A stretch of 64,000 nucleotides of DNA from the NCBI RefSeq assembly GCF_009914755.1, contig NC_060926.1. The stretch is one strand, 5' to 3'. A model generated the notes under the pieces. The model ran no database searches. It saw only the letters and a list, made by a program, of their open reading frames with translations, and was not told the DNA's origin. Of the stretch, positions 1 to 16,860 are shown piece by piece (the stretch's first letter is position 1; every line of letters begins with the position of its first letter). Origin of the DNA: the human T2T-CHM13v2.0 reference genome, Homo sapiens. The position numbers and the translations under genes were made by a program.

Positions 1-17
1 GACGAAAACAAATTCCG

Positions 18-268
18 AATTATGGTGGGAGGCAAAAGGCAATTCTCATATGGCGGTGGCAAGAGAAAATGAGGAGGAAGCAAAAGTGGAAACCCCTGGT
101 AAACCCATGAAATCTCATGAGACTTAGTCACTATCATGAGAATAGCATGGGAAAGACTGGCTCCCATGGTTCAATTACCTCCCTCTAGGTCCTTCCCATA
201 ACATGTGGGGATTCTGGGAGATATAATTCAAGTTGAGATTTGGGTGGGGACACAGCCAAACCATATCA
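18..268 (-). mobile_element. THE1 (THE1D-like) MaLR LTR, partial, at window edge
   Basis: Ends in ...gagatttgggtggggacacagccaaaccatatca, the reverse complement of the THE1 start TGATATGGTTTGGCTGTGTCCCCACCC. Confidence 0.9.
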
Positions 269-1047
269 GTATATATTAATTGGTCGTTGAAGCATTTTTA
301 TCATGGCTTTTTAAAGTTTTTGTCAGAAATTTTTAATACCTCTGACATATTAATGTTGGCATTTACTTATTACCTTTTAAGTAAATGCCAACATTAAGTT
401 TGGTTTGAGGAAAATATTTTCTCCTCTTCCTTGTTCTTTGTATGAGAAGTGAGTTTTGATTGAATCCTGGATATTTTTCACTTTATGCCATAAGACTCTG
501 TATTTAAATCTATTTAAGTGCCTCATTACTGCCAAGTATTACTGCCAGGTAAAGGTATACATCCAAGTTTTTCATTTAGCATCCACTGACAAGCAGTATG
601 GGGGTGCTCCTCATTACTATTGAGTGAGAGTAGGATTTCCCGCTTCACATGTGATCTCAGCTGACGCTATAAGGTGTCAATGGATTGCAGCAATGAAATT
701 ATAACTCCATACATGGTTCTCACTGACACTATTCAGGTGTGTGTATGTTGGAGCCACAAAATTTCTTTCTGTAGTGTTTGGCTGAAAAGAGAGATTATTC
801 TTTAAAAGCTTCATGTTCTGCCTGCTGTCTATTTCTGGTCCTGCAGTAAAGAGAGCAGGGATTTTCTTGAGGGTTTGTGTGTCACCTTTATTGATGATGC
901 TTCCAGTGTGTGGGCTTCATCATTTTCATATTTGGGACACGTGAAGGAAGAATAAAATCCAAGGGGTTTACCTTATCTCATCCCTCTGGTCCTGACATCT
1001 CCTTCCAATAAGTTGTCTTCTCTCCACCTTTCAAGATTTTCTAATGG

Positions 1048-1096
<49 letters not shown>

Positions 1097-1200
1097 TCTT
1101 GTATTCTTGGTTGTATTTAGCAGAAGTAATAGGGAAAACTATGTCTACTCCTTGTTCCTAGAAGTAGAATTTCTTTATCCCAATTTTTAATTGGATTGTT
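269..1200 (-). mobile_element. Old L1M (L1MD/L1MC-type) 5' region fragment
   Basis: cctcattactgcc... and ...tccactgac motifs typical of old L1M 5'UTR; highly diverged. Confidence 0.5.
1050..1095. repeat. (TG)n microsatellite, about 23 units
   Basis: Direct reading. Confidence 0.98.
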
Positions 1201-1203
1201 TGT

Positions 1204-1691
1204 TGTTATGGCCTAAATTGTGGCCCCATCCCAAATTAATATGTTGAAGCCCTAAACCCCAATGAGACTATCTGTGGAGATAAGGCTTTTAAGGAGGTAA
1301 TTAAAGTTAAATGAGGCTATAATGGTGGGCCCTAATCCAATATAATTTGTGTTCATACGAGAAGAGGAAGAGACATCAGGAGTGTGCACACACAGAGAAA
1401 AGACCATGTGAAGACACAATGAGTATGTGGCTGTCTGCAAGACAGAAAGAGAGGCCTCACCAGTAACTAACCATACTGACAACTTAATATTGAACTTTAG
1501 CCTTCAGAACTATGAGAACATAATTATACAAAATATGAAAAATATGAAATTATGAAAATTATGAAAAAATTATGGAAATTATGAAAATTATGACAAATAT
1601 GATAATATAGTGTTCTGGTATCAGAAACAATTTATTGTTTAAACCACCTCATTGTGGTATTTTGTTATCACATCCCAAATAGTCAAATACA
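1204..1691 (+). mobile_element. MLT1 (MLT1B-like) solo LTR
   Basis: TGTTATGG...CA termini; gggccctaatccaat and ccatgtgaagacac motifs; 5-bp TSD tttgt/ttagt (4 of 5 match). Confidence 0.85.
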
Positions 1692-1699
1692 TTAGTCTT

Positions 1700-2770
1700 C
1701 TCAATATTGGCTTGGAAGAGTTCATTATTTCTATTAGACCAACTCATTATATTAGGTTCAAATATATACTTTCTAAATATTTTCTTTCAGGTGATGCTTT
1801 TATTTAAAAAAAATTACAATACCTTTGAAGAGCAATAATATTAACTTTAATAATATAAAATTATTTATTTTTTGTTTAATTAATGCCTATTTTTGTCCAT
1901 TTTAAGCCCTAAACCACAGAATTTCTAGGAAGTTTTCGTCTTACAGTTTTATGGTTTTAACTTTCACATTTAGATCTGATATTTATTTTGAGTTACTCTT
2001 TTGCATATGATAAAATAAAAGTGGAGGTACAATTTTTTAAATATATGGCTGTAAAATTGTTTATCAGAATCCTTTAATAAGAAAATAATTATTTATCTGT
2101 TAAATTGCCTTACTTTCTTTGTTGTACATATATTGACCTTGTATGTATAAGTTTATTTCTAGATTTTCTATTATGTTCCATCAATATATAGCTACCTTCA
2201 TGTCAATATTAAACTATCTTTATTGCTGTAGCTGTGTAATAAATCTTAAAATCAGGTATTATAAATCCTTCAAATTTCTTCTTTTTGACAATTTTACGAC
2301 TTTTACTTTTCCATATATATTTAGAATCATTTTGACAATTTCTACATAACATTGTTTGCATTTTGATTTAATTGATTTGAATCTATAATTTGTGTAGAAT
2401 AAGGTTTTTAAAAATAATATTTTGCATTCCAATCCATTAATATGGTATATAGCTACATTTATTTAACCTATTTTTTAGTTCTTCTCAGCAATGATTTGTA
2501 AATTTTACTAGTTTTTCCACATCTTTTTTCAAGCAATTTATATTATTTAAGGCTATTATAAATGACATTTTAAAATTTGATTTTTGTTGCTACAAGTATA
2601 AATACAATTGGTTTACACATATTGATTTTCTAGCCTGCAAGCTGCCTACTTTCACTAATTTATTCTTCATATTTTGTACATATATGCACAGATTACTTTA
2701 TTTGTTTATATTTTGCACATATATGGCTACATTGCCTGTAAATGTCAATGTCAACTTTACTTGCTTCTTT
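1700..2770 (-). mobile_element. Old L1M ORF2 fragment
   Basis: Diverged antisense L1 ORF2 motifs (ttttagaatc...tttctac, aatccattaatatggtatat). Confidence 0.65.
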
Positions 2771-2779
2771 TTTTTTTAA

Positions 2780-3470
2780 ATGAACTGATTTATAAGAAAT
2801 GAATATATAGAAACACATAATACCCTTGAATGGAAAATCTGAATATTTTGAAGATATCTATTCTTCCAAAGTCAATATATAGATTTAACAACATACAACA
2901 TCTTAAAGAAATTTTAGGGGATTGAGAAAAAAATCAGTCTAGATCCTAACCACATGAACTTTACCAAAATTAATTTCCAATATAGAGTTATTATAAAATT
3001 ATCAAGGCAGTTAAATACTAGATAAAATCGAAGTTTATATTTGTAAAACCTCTCAATCAGTGGAGAATTTCTAAGCTTAAAAGCAATGGAAGAAATAACA
3101 AATAACAATAATAATAATTCATTGACTGAATACTTCCAAAGATACTGTGGAAAATTATACTAAATAACAAAGAAACTTTTTTAAGTCAAAAAATCACAGT
3201 CAGAAAAAAAACTGGAAAATATTCGTGATAAATATGAAAAAGTTTGATAGACTTGATATTCTTACCACACAAAACACAAATTATAAAGGAAAAAAAAAAA
3301 GACCTCAGTAAGTAAATGGACAAAGAAAATAAATTGCAAACCACCAATGAGGAACTATAAGCCAGTAATGAAAAAACACTCAATTTTACTAATACTCAGT
3401 AAAATACAACTCAAAGTGACAATATCTTTTTGACAAAAACATTTTAAGGGAAAATTATGTATTAGTTAAT
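2780..3470 (+). mobile_element. Old L1M (L1ME-like) ORF2 3' fragments
   Basis: gaatggaaaatctgaatatt...ttcttccaaagtcaatatatagatttaac resembles sense L1 ORF2. Confidence 0.5.
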
Positions 3471-3732
3471 TTAGATCACATCTTTTTTCTCTAAGAACTT
3501 AAAGTAGTTAAAAAATCAATTGTAAAAATTGTTTTTAAGGTGAGAAAACCAGATTGAAGCCAAAATAAAGTGAAACAGTAAGCCTTCCATGATACTGCAA
3601 AGTGAGCTTTTAAACTCTCTACTGGCCAATGGCAAAATAAACACACATAGCTGTAAGACTCCAAATGACTATGGATACCAGTTGTTCACTTTTCCTTGGC
3701 AATGAAATCTGAGACCAATTTCTCTACCATGC

Positions 3733-4848
3733 TTTTTCTATTATTATTATTATTATACTTTAAGTTTTAGGGTACATGTGCACAACGTGCAGGTTTGTTA
3801 CATATGCATACATGTGCCATGTTAGTGTGCTGCACCCATTAACTCATCATTTAACATTAGGTATATCTCCTAATGCTATCCCTCCCCCCTCCCCCAACCC
3901 CACAACAGGCCCCAGTGTGTGACTTCCCCCTTCCTGTGTCCATGTGTTCTCATTGTTCAATTCCCACCTATGAGTGAGAACATGCGGTGTTTGGTTTTTT
4001 GTCCTTGCGATAGTTTGCTGAGAATGATGGTTTCCAGCTTCATCCATGTCCCTACAAAGGACATGAACTCATCCTTTTTTATGGCTGCATAGTATTCCAT
4101 GGTGTATATGTGCCACATATTCTTAATCCAGGCAATACCATTCAGGACATGGGCATGGACAAGGACTTCATGTCTAAAACACCAAAAGCAATGGCAACAA
4201 AAGCCAAAATTGACAAATGGAATCTAATTAAACTAAAGAGCTTCTACACAGCAAAAGAAACTACCATCAGAATGAACAGTCAACCTACAGAATGGGAGAA
4301 AATTTTTGCAATCTACTAATCTGACAAAGTGCTAATATCCAGAATCTACAATGAACTCAAATAAATTTACAAGAAGAAATCAAACAACCCCATCAGCAAG
4401 TGGGTGAAGGATATGAACAGACACTTCTCAAAAGAAGACATTTATGCAGCCAAAAGACACATGAGAAAATGCTCATCATCACTGGCCATCAGAGAAATGC
4501 AGATCAAAACCACAATGAAATACCATCTTACACCAGTTAGAATGGCAATCATTAAAAAGTCAGGAAACAACCGGTGCTGGAGAGGATGTGGAGAAATAGG
4601 AACACTTTTACACTGTTGGTGGTACTGTAAACTAGTTCAACCACTGTGGAAGTCAGTGTGGCGATTCCTCAGGGATCTAGAACTAGAAATACCATTTGAC
4701 CCAGCTATCCCATTACTGGGTATATACCCAAAGGATTATAAATCATGCTGCTTTAAAGACACATGCACACGTATGTTTATTGCAGCTCTATTCACAATAG
4801 CAAAGACTTGGAACCAACCCAAATGTCCAACAATGATAGACTGCATTA
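3733..4848 (-). mobile_element. L1PA4-like, 5'-truncated, with twin-priming 5' inversion (junction about 4130)
   Basis: 3733-4130 is the antisense L1PA 3'UTR and tail. 4131-4843 is sense ORF2 C-terminus (ORFs 4110-4319 and 4404.., [15 protein letters not shown]) ending at gatagactg, exactly adjacent in the L1 consensus to where the antisense part starts. Confidence 0.93.
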
Positions 4849-4859
4849 CTTGTTTCTTA

Positions 4860-7800
4860 AAATTGACATTATGCATGCCTCAGCATGCCTTTTATTTTTC
4901 TCCTCTTATTTCAATAATAAGAACCTCTAAAACAATATTGAATAGAAGTGGAGAGAATGGATATTCTTACCGTATTCCAGATAACACAGGAATAGCATTT
5001 ATTCTTTCTTCATTAAGTTTACTACTAACTGCATTTATTTTTTTCAGATGCCCTATAAGAATTTTCTATTCTGCTAAGAGTTTTTGTCATGAATAGTAAA
5101 TATTTTTAAATATTGATTAATGTGGTTAATTACATTTATTAATTTTTAGATATCAAATCACTGTTGTATTCCTGGAACAAATCACACTTGGTCAATGGAT
5201 ATTTCTCTTTTCATATATTACTGGATTCAATGTACAAAATTCTGTTAAGAATTTTGCATATATATATATATATATATATATGATATTCGTTTTGGCTTTC
5301 TTTTCTTAAAATTGACATTTTTGACTTAGAGATCCAGATAATGTTGACCTCATAAGAATGAGTGGAAACTATACCCTCCTCTTCAATATTCTGGAACCAT
5401 TTGTTTACCATTGGCATTATTTTTTCCTCAATAGCTTTGTAGAATTCATCAGTAGATTCATCTTGGCCTGGAGTTTCCTTTGTGCATTTTTGAGCTACAG
5501 ATTCAATTTCTTTAAAAAAAAATAAGTTTATTAAATGTACCTATTTCTCCTCAAAGGACCATTGATTTTTTAATATAATTTGTCCATTTAATCTATATTT
5601 TCAAACTCACTGGGAAAAAGTTGTTTATAATTCACTTATCCTTTTCACTTTTGCTAGAATTGTAGAAATATACCTTCTCTCATTTCTTATATGGGTAATT
5701 TATGATTCTCTTTTTCTCCCTGAACAATCTGGTAAGAAGTCATAAATTTTATTCATCTTTTCAAATAATCATTGTTTGTTCACCATGAGTTAAAATTTTT
5801 TTTGTAGTCTATGTTATTTCTTTTTGTTCTTATTTTGATTACTCTTTGCCTTCTGCTAACTTTTGGTTTGATTTCTTTTCCTGAGTTCTGAAGGTAGAAC
5901 CTAGATAATCAATTTGCATCCTTTCTTCTCTAATATAATTCTTCAGTAATATAAAATTAGTTTTAATCATTGCTTTAGCTGCATCTCACAAATTTTGATA
6001 TGCTATGTTTTCATTTTTCATTTAGGACAAAATACTTCTGATTTCCCATTTGATTTTTTAATTGACCCTTGTGTTATTTAGAAGTTTCTTTTGATTTCAA
6101 ATATTTAGTATTTTCCAGATACCTTTCAATTTAATTCCGCTGTGATTAGACAATGCACTTTGCATATTTTTAATCTTTTAAATTATCGAGACTTATTTTA
6201 GAACCCAGAATATGGTCTATCTTGGTGAATGTTTTATGTTCATATGGAAATAATGTGTATTCTGTTACTGTTGGGTGAAATGTTCTCTAAGTGTTAGTGA
6301 TGTTCACATTCTCTATATCCTTACTAATTTTCTTCTACTTGTTGTGAGCAAATACTATGAAAATTTCTGAGTGTAAATTTGGATTTGTCATTTCTTCTTG
6401 TAGTTTTATTAGTTTTTCATCTTGTGTTTTGAGAGTCTGTTATTAGTTACATAAACACTCGTGATTAATGTTGTCTTGATGAATTTATCCCTTTATCATT
6501 ATAAAATGACTGCTTCTTTTCCTGATAATATGCTTTGTTCTGACATCTGCTTTGTGTATAGCCACTTCACTACTCTTACAGTGTTATAGAATTTTATCTG
6601 TTTGATATCATTGCATATCTTTTCCCATCCTTTTACTTTTAATCTGTCTTTCTCCTTAATTTAAAGTGGGCTTTATTTTTTCTAGTTAGGATTGCATTTG
6701 CCTTTTTCATTGAGCTATTTAGACCACTTATATTTATTGTAATGATTTATATAATGCCATATTAATATTTATTATCTATTTTTCTCATTTGATGTTTGTT
6801 CTGTTCTATTTTACTACTTTTTCTGACTTTTTATGAATTCAGTATTTTTGTATTATTCCATTGTATTTCCCGTTTGTATTATTCATTACAACACTTTTTA
6901 AAAAATGTTAGATATAAAGTTTATAATAAATTATGACAATTATATTTTTAAAGGTATATAACTTTGTAAAAATGTATTTATCTACATATTTTGTGTTCTT
7001 CATTTCTTTGTGTAGATGTAGATATCTGTACTATTTTTCTTATGCCTAACAAAGTTCTTTTAACATTTTTAGTAGTGCAGATCTGTTGATGAATTTTCCC
7101 AGCTTTGTGTATCTGAAAAAGTCTTTTTTTCACTCTTGAATCTGTAAAGATATATTCCTCATTATAGCATTCTAGGATTTCAGACTTTTTTTTTCAGTAT
7201 TTTAAATATATTACTTCGTCACCTTCTGGCTTGAAATGTGTCTGATGAAAAGCTTGCTCTCATTCTTACTATTATCTTCTTTCTTCTGGTTGCTCTTAAT
7301 TTTTTTTATCATTTATTTTTAAAACTTTAAGTACAATATGTCATGCTGTAGTTCTTTTCATGTTTTTTGTACTCATGTTTTCTGAGATTCTTGAATCTAT
7401 TAGCTCATATTTTTATGAAATGGTTAATATTTTTGGCCATTATTTATTCAAATATTTGTCTGTCCTTCTCTCTCCCTTTTCTGTTTTGAGAACTTCAGTA
7501 ATTTTTATTTTGTCACTCTAAGCTGTCCTGTAGCCCACTGAAAAAGTATGAGTGTTTTTTCTCCCTTTGCTTTATTTTAGATATTTTCTATTAATTTCTT
7601 TTTATATGTCCTTAATTTTAAGTATTTCTTATTCTGTAGTGTCTACTATGCTTTTATTCTTTATATTTTATATTTTATTTTTTGTAGAGGCAGGTCTCAC
7701 TATGTTGCCTAGGGTGCTCAAATTCTTGCCCTCAAGCAATCCTCCTGCCTCAGCCTCCCAATGTGCTGGTATTACAGTCATGAACTACCACACCTGGTCT

Positions 7801-8825
7801 AATAGGGCTTTAATAAGATTCAGTGGAATTTTAAAATCTCAGACATTGTTTATTGTATCTCTAAAAGTTAGATTTGGTTCTTTTTATATTTTTCACATAT
7901 CTCCTGAACATGTTCACGCTTGCCCCCACTTTTTAAAACATATATTATGCCAATGCATTATATCCACAGACATAATGTATTTTATGCATTTTGCCAATGC
8001 ATACAATACTGTTTTAGTGTCCAGGTCTACTAATTCTATTATCTATATAATTTTTGTTTCTAATAATTGATTTTTGTTTGTAGTTTCCTTCTTCTGTGCA
8101 GGACTTATAATTTTTGATTAGACAGTAGACGGTGGATTTTTCAGTGTTGGTGATTGATACATATGTATTCCTTTAAATATTTTTGTTTTTTGTTTTGGAA
8201 TACTATCAAATTACTTGGAAACAGTTTATTATTTTGAGGCTTATTTGTATGCCTTATTAGATAGGTCTTGATTCTAGGACTATTTTTGCTTCACTACTGA
8301 GGCAATAGTCTTCTGAATCCCCAGTGCATTGTCTATTACAAGGTTTTTCTACTTTGGCTGATGGGAATATGAGCTATTCTAAATCCTACATAATCTTCTT
8401 AGATTGTTCAGCTTGCTCCATTTTGGTGTTTTCCTTTCTTTACTGAATAGTTTCCTCACACCCATGCACTGATTAGTACTCAGCTGAAGACTCGAAAAAA
8501 ACTCTCTTCACCTCTCCAGAGCTCTCTGAGCAACTCTTGCTTCTGTAGTACTTGGCTCTGTGACTTCTAGCTGCCTTGAACTTTCCAACTTTTCTACTCT
8601 GTCTCCTCAACTCAGAGATACATTCAGGCTTTCTTTGGTTTCTGCCCTTCTGCACTGTAGTCTGTAAATTCTCTCCAGCTTACAGCAATTGAAGGGCTTA
8701 TCTTATTCATTTTTTCCTTCTTTCAGTGACCAATGTCTTGATTTGTCTGGTGTCCAATGTATGCAATCAAATATTTGTTCCATATAATTTTTCCAATGTG
8801 ATTGTTTAAAAAGAGAAGGTAAGGT
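4860..8825 (-). mobile_element. Old L1M (ORF2 5' part, ORF1 and 5' region), fragmented
   Basis: Long T-rich antisense L1 with landmarks acaatattgaatagaagtggagagaatgg and agaatatggtctatcttggtgaatgtt. Confidence 0.75.
7653..7799 (-). mobile_element. FLAM / AluJ left monomer
   Basis: gtagaggcaggtctcactatgttgcctagg...gcctcagcctcccaatgtgctggtattacag; single monomer with T-rich tail. Confidence 0.85.
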
Positions 8826-8830
8826 GAGTC

Positions 8831-8980
8831 ATATATATATAACATATATATAACATATATGTTACATATATAACATACATGTAACATGTATAACATATAT
8901 AACATATATGTAACATATAACATATATAACACATATATAACATATATATAAACACATATATACATATATATAATATTATA
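8831..8980. repeat. AT-rich compound microsatellite (TATATAACA-like units)
   Basis: Direct reading; source of the low-complexity ORFs 8723-8965 and 8806-9081. Confidence 0.95.
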
Positions 8981-10639
8981 GTAAGAAAAGAATATTTTCT
9001 TCTTGGACTTGTTATGTGGAAATGAGCATCCATTTCCTGTTTTGGGACAGATGTAAAGAAAGGTAAGAGGCAGTCTGGCATCAGGCTCTTTGGGAGACCT
9101 GGGATACGGCTATATGTTACTGTCTGTATACATTTACCTCCATTATACTTAGTCCTTTATAAAGAGCTTGATAAGTTAAAATGAAGGATCTAGCATTCTG
9201 TCAAAAGGAGAAAAGCCATCACAGTTTTGTACAGACTACCTAGAAGAAAACAGTGTCTCTAAATCTGGAGCTAGAACCCCGCAGTGATGATAATTGGAAA
9301 TAAATAACTTAGCTCTGAGGAAAAGTGGGCAGGCTTTTGCAACAGCAAGAGTAGAGGACTGTATCACTGTAATTTTAAGATTTTGTAGTTCATGGAACAA
9401 AAACACTCAGTGAAAAGAAACTGGGGTAAAATTTTCATAGAGAAAAATATTGTCACCGTGAAGAGAAACTTTAATGTTGTCTCATTCCAAGCTGCTTATA
9501 GGACTTTATTAGGGTCAAACTGTTGCATTGCAAAGGCGATATTCATGAAAGAAAAAGAAAGTATAAATAAAGTAATTATTATTTGTTTCATACTGGGCAT
9601 GACACTACTGTGTTCAACTAGGCATTGATAGAACTGTTTGATAATTACATATAAATTAATCAGAAAAATAATCAATAGGAGATATAAATACGGTAATACA
9701 GGTTTAAAATATGGGGGAAAAGAAACAAGAGTTAATGAAAACAGGTTAGGTCATTTATTCATATTTTCTTTGAGGAGTCAATAAATACTATCTAAAATGT
9801 ATATAAAAAAGTATATTATTAGGAATAAAAAAGGTGACTTCAAGGAGACATAAAATCAGAAGCCAAAAGGTGCTGTCTGTGGGGTTTGTCACTATGATAA
9901 GGATTCTAGGAGACTATATTAAACTATTTTATTATAATCTTATGTGCTTTTGTTTCTTTAAAAAAGTACCTAAAAGACTAAGACCCAATTATCTGTAATG
10001 CTTTTATATAGAATAACTTGTGCTCTGATATTGGAATTAAACACTAAAACACATAGAGACAAAACTTTTAGAAATCCACCTCAAATTGTATTTTTTTCTA
10101 TTGTGACTCTGCTGAATTTAAAATAAGTGTAACCAAAAAATATGTAAAGAGAAACTGAGAACCCAGATTTCAATATTAAGAGGCATTGTACAGCACAATG
10201 GGATTCTCAATCTGTTCTATCCATATTAAATTTCCTGGTGACCACGATAGCAAGCAAATTTCCACAGCCTTTGTAGCAACTTCTACATATTTTACATCTA
10301 AACCACCTGTTCAAAAGAACCAAACAATTACATGGGCAGCCAAACAATGTCAGAATACCTAAAGAAAACTTACGTCAGATAGGCAAGGTTATGAAGAACA
10401 ATGTGACCCAAAGAAAAAGCCACCAAGTCTGGTTTAAATGCAAGGACCAAATGAAAGAGATTCTTATGAACAGGAGAATACCATTGTAAAACAAGGACAA
10501 AACAGGGTAAAGGCATAAGCATCAACATTTCATATAAATTTCAGAGGTGCTAAATTTAAGGACCCCAAATAAAATATATGCAATGGATAATACTAAATTG
10601 AAGTATTTTCTTTTCACAATTTATTATGAGTTAGACCAT

Positions 10640-10773
10640 GTTTTCACCTCTCTTTACATACATGAAGAATCTGTGATCTGGAGACCCTAAAATTACTTGC
10701 TATTAAAGTCACAGCATTAACATGAGTCAGAGTCAAAGCTCCAGCCAGAGCTTTAAAACACAACACTATGCTG
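10640..10773. mobile_element. MIR fragment
   Basis: tttacatacatgaagaatctgtg...acttgc...aagtcacagc...aacacaacactatgctg resembles the MIR core. Confidence 0.5.
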
Positions 10774-10844
10774 ATTTATTTATAGTAATGAAAAATTATG
10801 TTATGCATTACAATGAACCATGCCTCCTAAAGATGTTTCTCTTT

Positions 10845-11183
10845 TTCATGTCATTCCCTTTGCAAAGAATGTTCTTTTCATGTTCATTCAGCTGAAGAAT
10901 TCCTACTAATCTTTTTTAAACACACCCAAGCGTTACCTCTTCTGCACAGCTTTTCATAATTTACTATGAAATTTCTTCCCACCTTCCATTCTTGGTATTA
11001 AAATCTCACTTTAAACATAGCACTTACCGTTTTAAAATAATATTTCCATTTGTCTCCCCTTGCCAGATTGTGAGATTCCAGAAGAAATTATTTCTTCTGC
11101 ATGTTTACAACTAGACCAACTTCTAACATGATGAGCAAATGGGAGCAGGCACCACATAAATGTTTTTCATTGATTGAATAAAG
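10845..11183 (+). mobile_element. L2 3' end fragment
   Basis: tgtctcccc...ccagattgtgag...aggcaccacataaatgtttttcattgattgaat, typical L2 tail. Confidence 0.6.
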
Positions 11184-12099
11184 AATTATCTGGGAAACTG
11201 GAAATAAGCAAAAAAAGATACCTTGAGCTTTTTGTCTCACAGTGCTTTAGATAAGGGTGCTGGTCCTATTTGTTGTTGGAATCACCAAGTAAAGGGAATT
11301 TGTGGACCTAAAATGTGGAATTCATGGGAATGACAGAATTAAAGAAATCTTAATGTGCCTCTTTTTATTTATTTTTTCCTCAGATGAAAACAGGTAAATT
11401 ATGCCAGGCACAATGCTGCTTGTAGAATGGAAGATTATTGTAAAATCCTTGCCAGCTTTCAGTTGCAAACTTGTTTTAGTCTAAGTGGGCTTCACTCATG
11501 AAGTCAAAATGGCATAAAACAGAGCTTTTCAACTGTACTCTAACAATTTTGTAATTGCTGAGCTATCAACATTTTTCTCCAACTTTTTTTCCAAAATATT
11601 TTTTTTTGGTTTTTGATTCACTACTGGATTTAAATGCTTCTTTTTCCTGCAATCAACTTAAAAGTTTACTTTGTAATTGAGATTTATTTTCCATGAAAAT
11701 GCACGAGTATTTCATAACGTGAAGGTCTGAACTTGACTTTTAATTCATTTACTTTAAAACCATGAGATGTCTTCCATTTACATAGCTGTTGCCCTAAGTG
11801 ATGAACTCTACAGATGACTTTCACAAGCTGTCAATTCCCTTTATCTTTGTTCAGTAGTAGAGTAGCTATTCTAAGGAAAGAGGAAAGACAAATTACTGCC
11901 AAAGAGTTTATCACTTGAGGGTCATGTGTACATCTGGTTAAACTGTATTAGTCATATGCCATTATGCAACTACCTCTGAAAACCTACAAAACATTTGAGT
12001 GAAAAGGTGAAAGACTGGTGATGGAGAAAACGGTGACTTTGCAAGTGTGTTCTCTTAAATCCTCAGGGATTCATTTGGGGTTTCTAATGATTGTTACCC

Positions 12100-12529
12100 A
12101 TCATGTCTCCCCTTTTGATTTATGCATTACCCCTCTCCTCCTTTTGGAGTAGAATATAATTTAGCTTGGTGCATCGCTGACTATTCTAGGAACTGTTTTC
12201 ATAACTTCTTCTGCAAATAGTTGTGAGGTTTATAACTTTGGTCAGAAATATTCTGAGGCAACTCCCAGGAATCCTTTTAAACCACTGTCTATGTAGACCC
12301 TTTGTTCTGTTCTGCAGCTCCTCTTCCATATTGTTGTTTGAAATGTGAATGCCGCCATCTTGGACTAGGAAGCTAAGGTGGAAGAAGGTGTAACAGCAAC
12401 CTAGATGAACGGGCTCAGACACTAGTTCATGACCAGCAACCCCCAGCCACTTAGATAAGAGAGAAATGAACGTTGCTATTGTATTGGGCTTTTGATCCTG
12501 CCCAGGCAAACTCACTTGTAACTAATACA
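12100..12529 (+). mobile_element. Old ERVL-type LTR (LTR16/LTR33-like)
   Basis: gccatcttggact...gagagaaatgaac...taactaataca end motifs. Confidence 0.55.
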
Positions 12530-12739
12530 ATATCACTGTTCATTAACTTTCTGCCCTCTTTTAACACAATATGCTTTTCACAGCATTGTGAAACATACAT
12601 AGGCTCATTTATCTCCCGTTTAGTATACTTGCTGTTAGCATGATCTTAGAGCACAGTGACCCTATCACTTTCCAGCTATGTGACTCTCAGCAGTTTGCTT
12701 TATATGGCTAGGCCTGTTACTTAAATTTATGCAATTAAC

Positions 12740-16230
<3,491 letters not shown>

Positions 16231-16243
16231 TTTCATTATCAAC

Positions 16244-16860
16244 TCTGCTGGTGCTACTGCCCTCAGCAGCTGAGAGGCTAGGACAAAAGAGCACCAGCAT
16301 ATGATCCACCTGAATGAGTCCCTTCGGGGGATCAGGGACAGGACTGAGGGCACAGTTTCAATGACACAATCACAATGTGAAAATTTAAGAGTGTTTACTA
16401 TTATAGACCTAGGGGGTACACAGGATACTTGGAGGCCACACACACACAGAAGTCAGGGAGCCTAGGCAGCAGGGGAGAGAGGGGTTCTGTGGACCAATAC
16501 CTTCAGTGAGTTCTGGGCATTAAACAAACAGGTTTCTCCTGGGGAGCTTTAATTGGTGGGTTTAAAGCAAGCAGGCACTCATTCTAGGAAGTCATGCTGT
16601 GACTGAGATGTGGTCATTTTAAGTGCACTGCCAAATGTCTGAATGGTCTATTAAGGGAGGGGGTGGGAAAGTAGGGAACCCAGCTTGCTATGCAGGAAAA
16701 ATATTTATCTCTGCTCACCTACTTCATGGAGCCACCTGGGTGGGGTAGAGTATTGGAAACTGCCTCAAGGGTGACTGAGCCCTGTTTCTGGTATAAGTAA
16801 GTTAAACTGATATTTAAAATTGGATGCTGAAGCAACATAAAATTATAAGCATTCACTACC
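16244..16860 (-). mobile_element. ERVL LTR of the MER54/MER73/MER74 group
   Basis: Ends ...caagggtgactgagccctgtttctggtat...ggatgctgaagcaacataaaattataagcattcactac, the reverse complement of the TGTAGTGAAT..TTATAATTTTATGTTGC start. Confidence 0.75.

Noticed and set aside
4404-5096. 230-aa ORF, the longest in the window
   Set aside because: L1 ORF2 C-terminal fragment in the inverted part of a truncated L1PA, reading on into antisense L1M. It begins at GTG, has no promoter and is not a gene.
8723-9081. Tyr/Met/Ile-rich ORFs
   Set aside because: Translation of an AT microsatellite.
10368-10445. Possible minus-strand exon (ccag|ACTTGG...TGAC|gtaagt)
   Set aside because: Weak acceptor, two frames closed and the third unrecognised; expected by chance in AT-rich DNA.
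12186-12515. 109-aa minus-strand ORF
   Set aside because: Lies antisense in an old ERVL-type LTR and has no recognisable domain or splice context.
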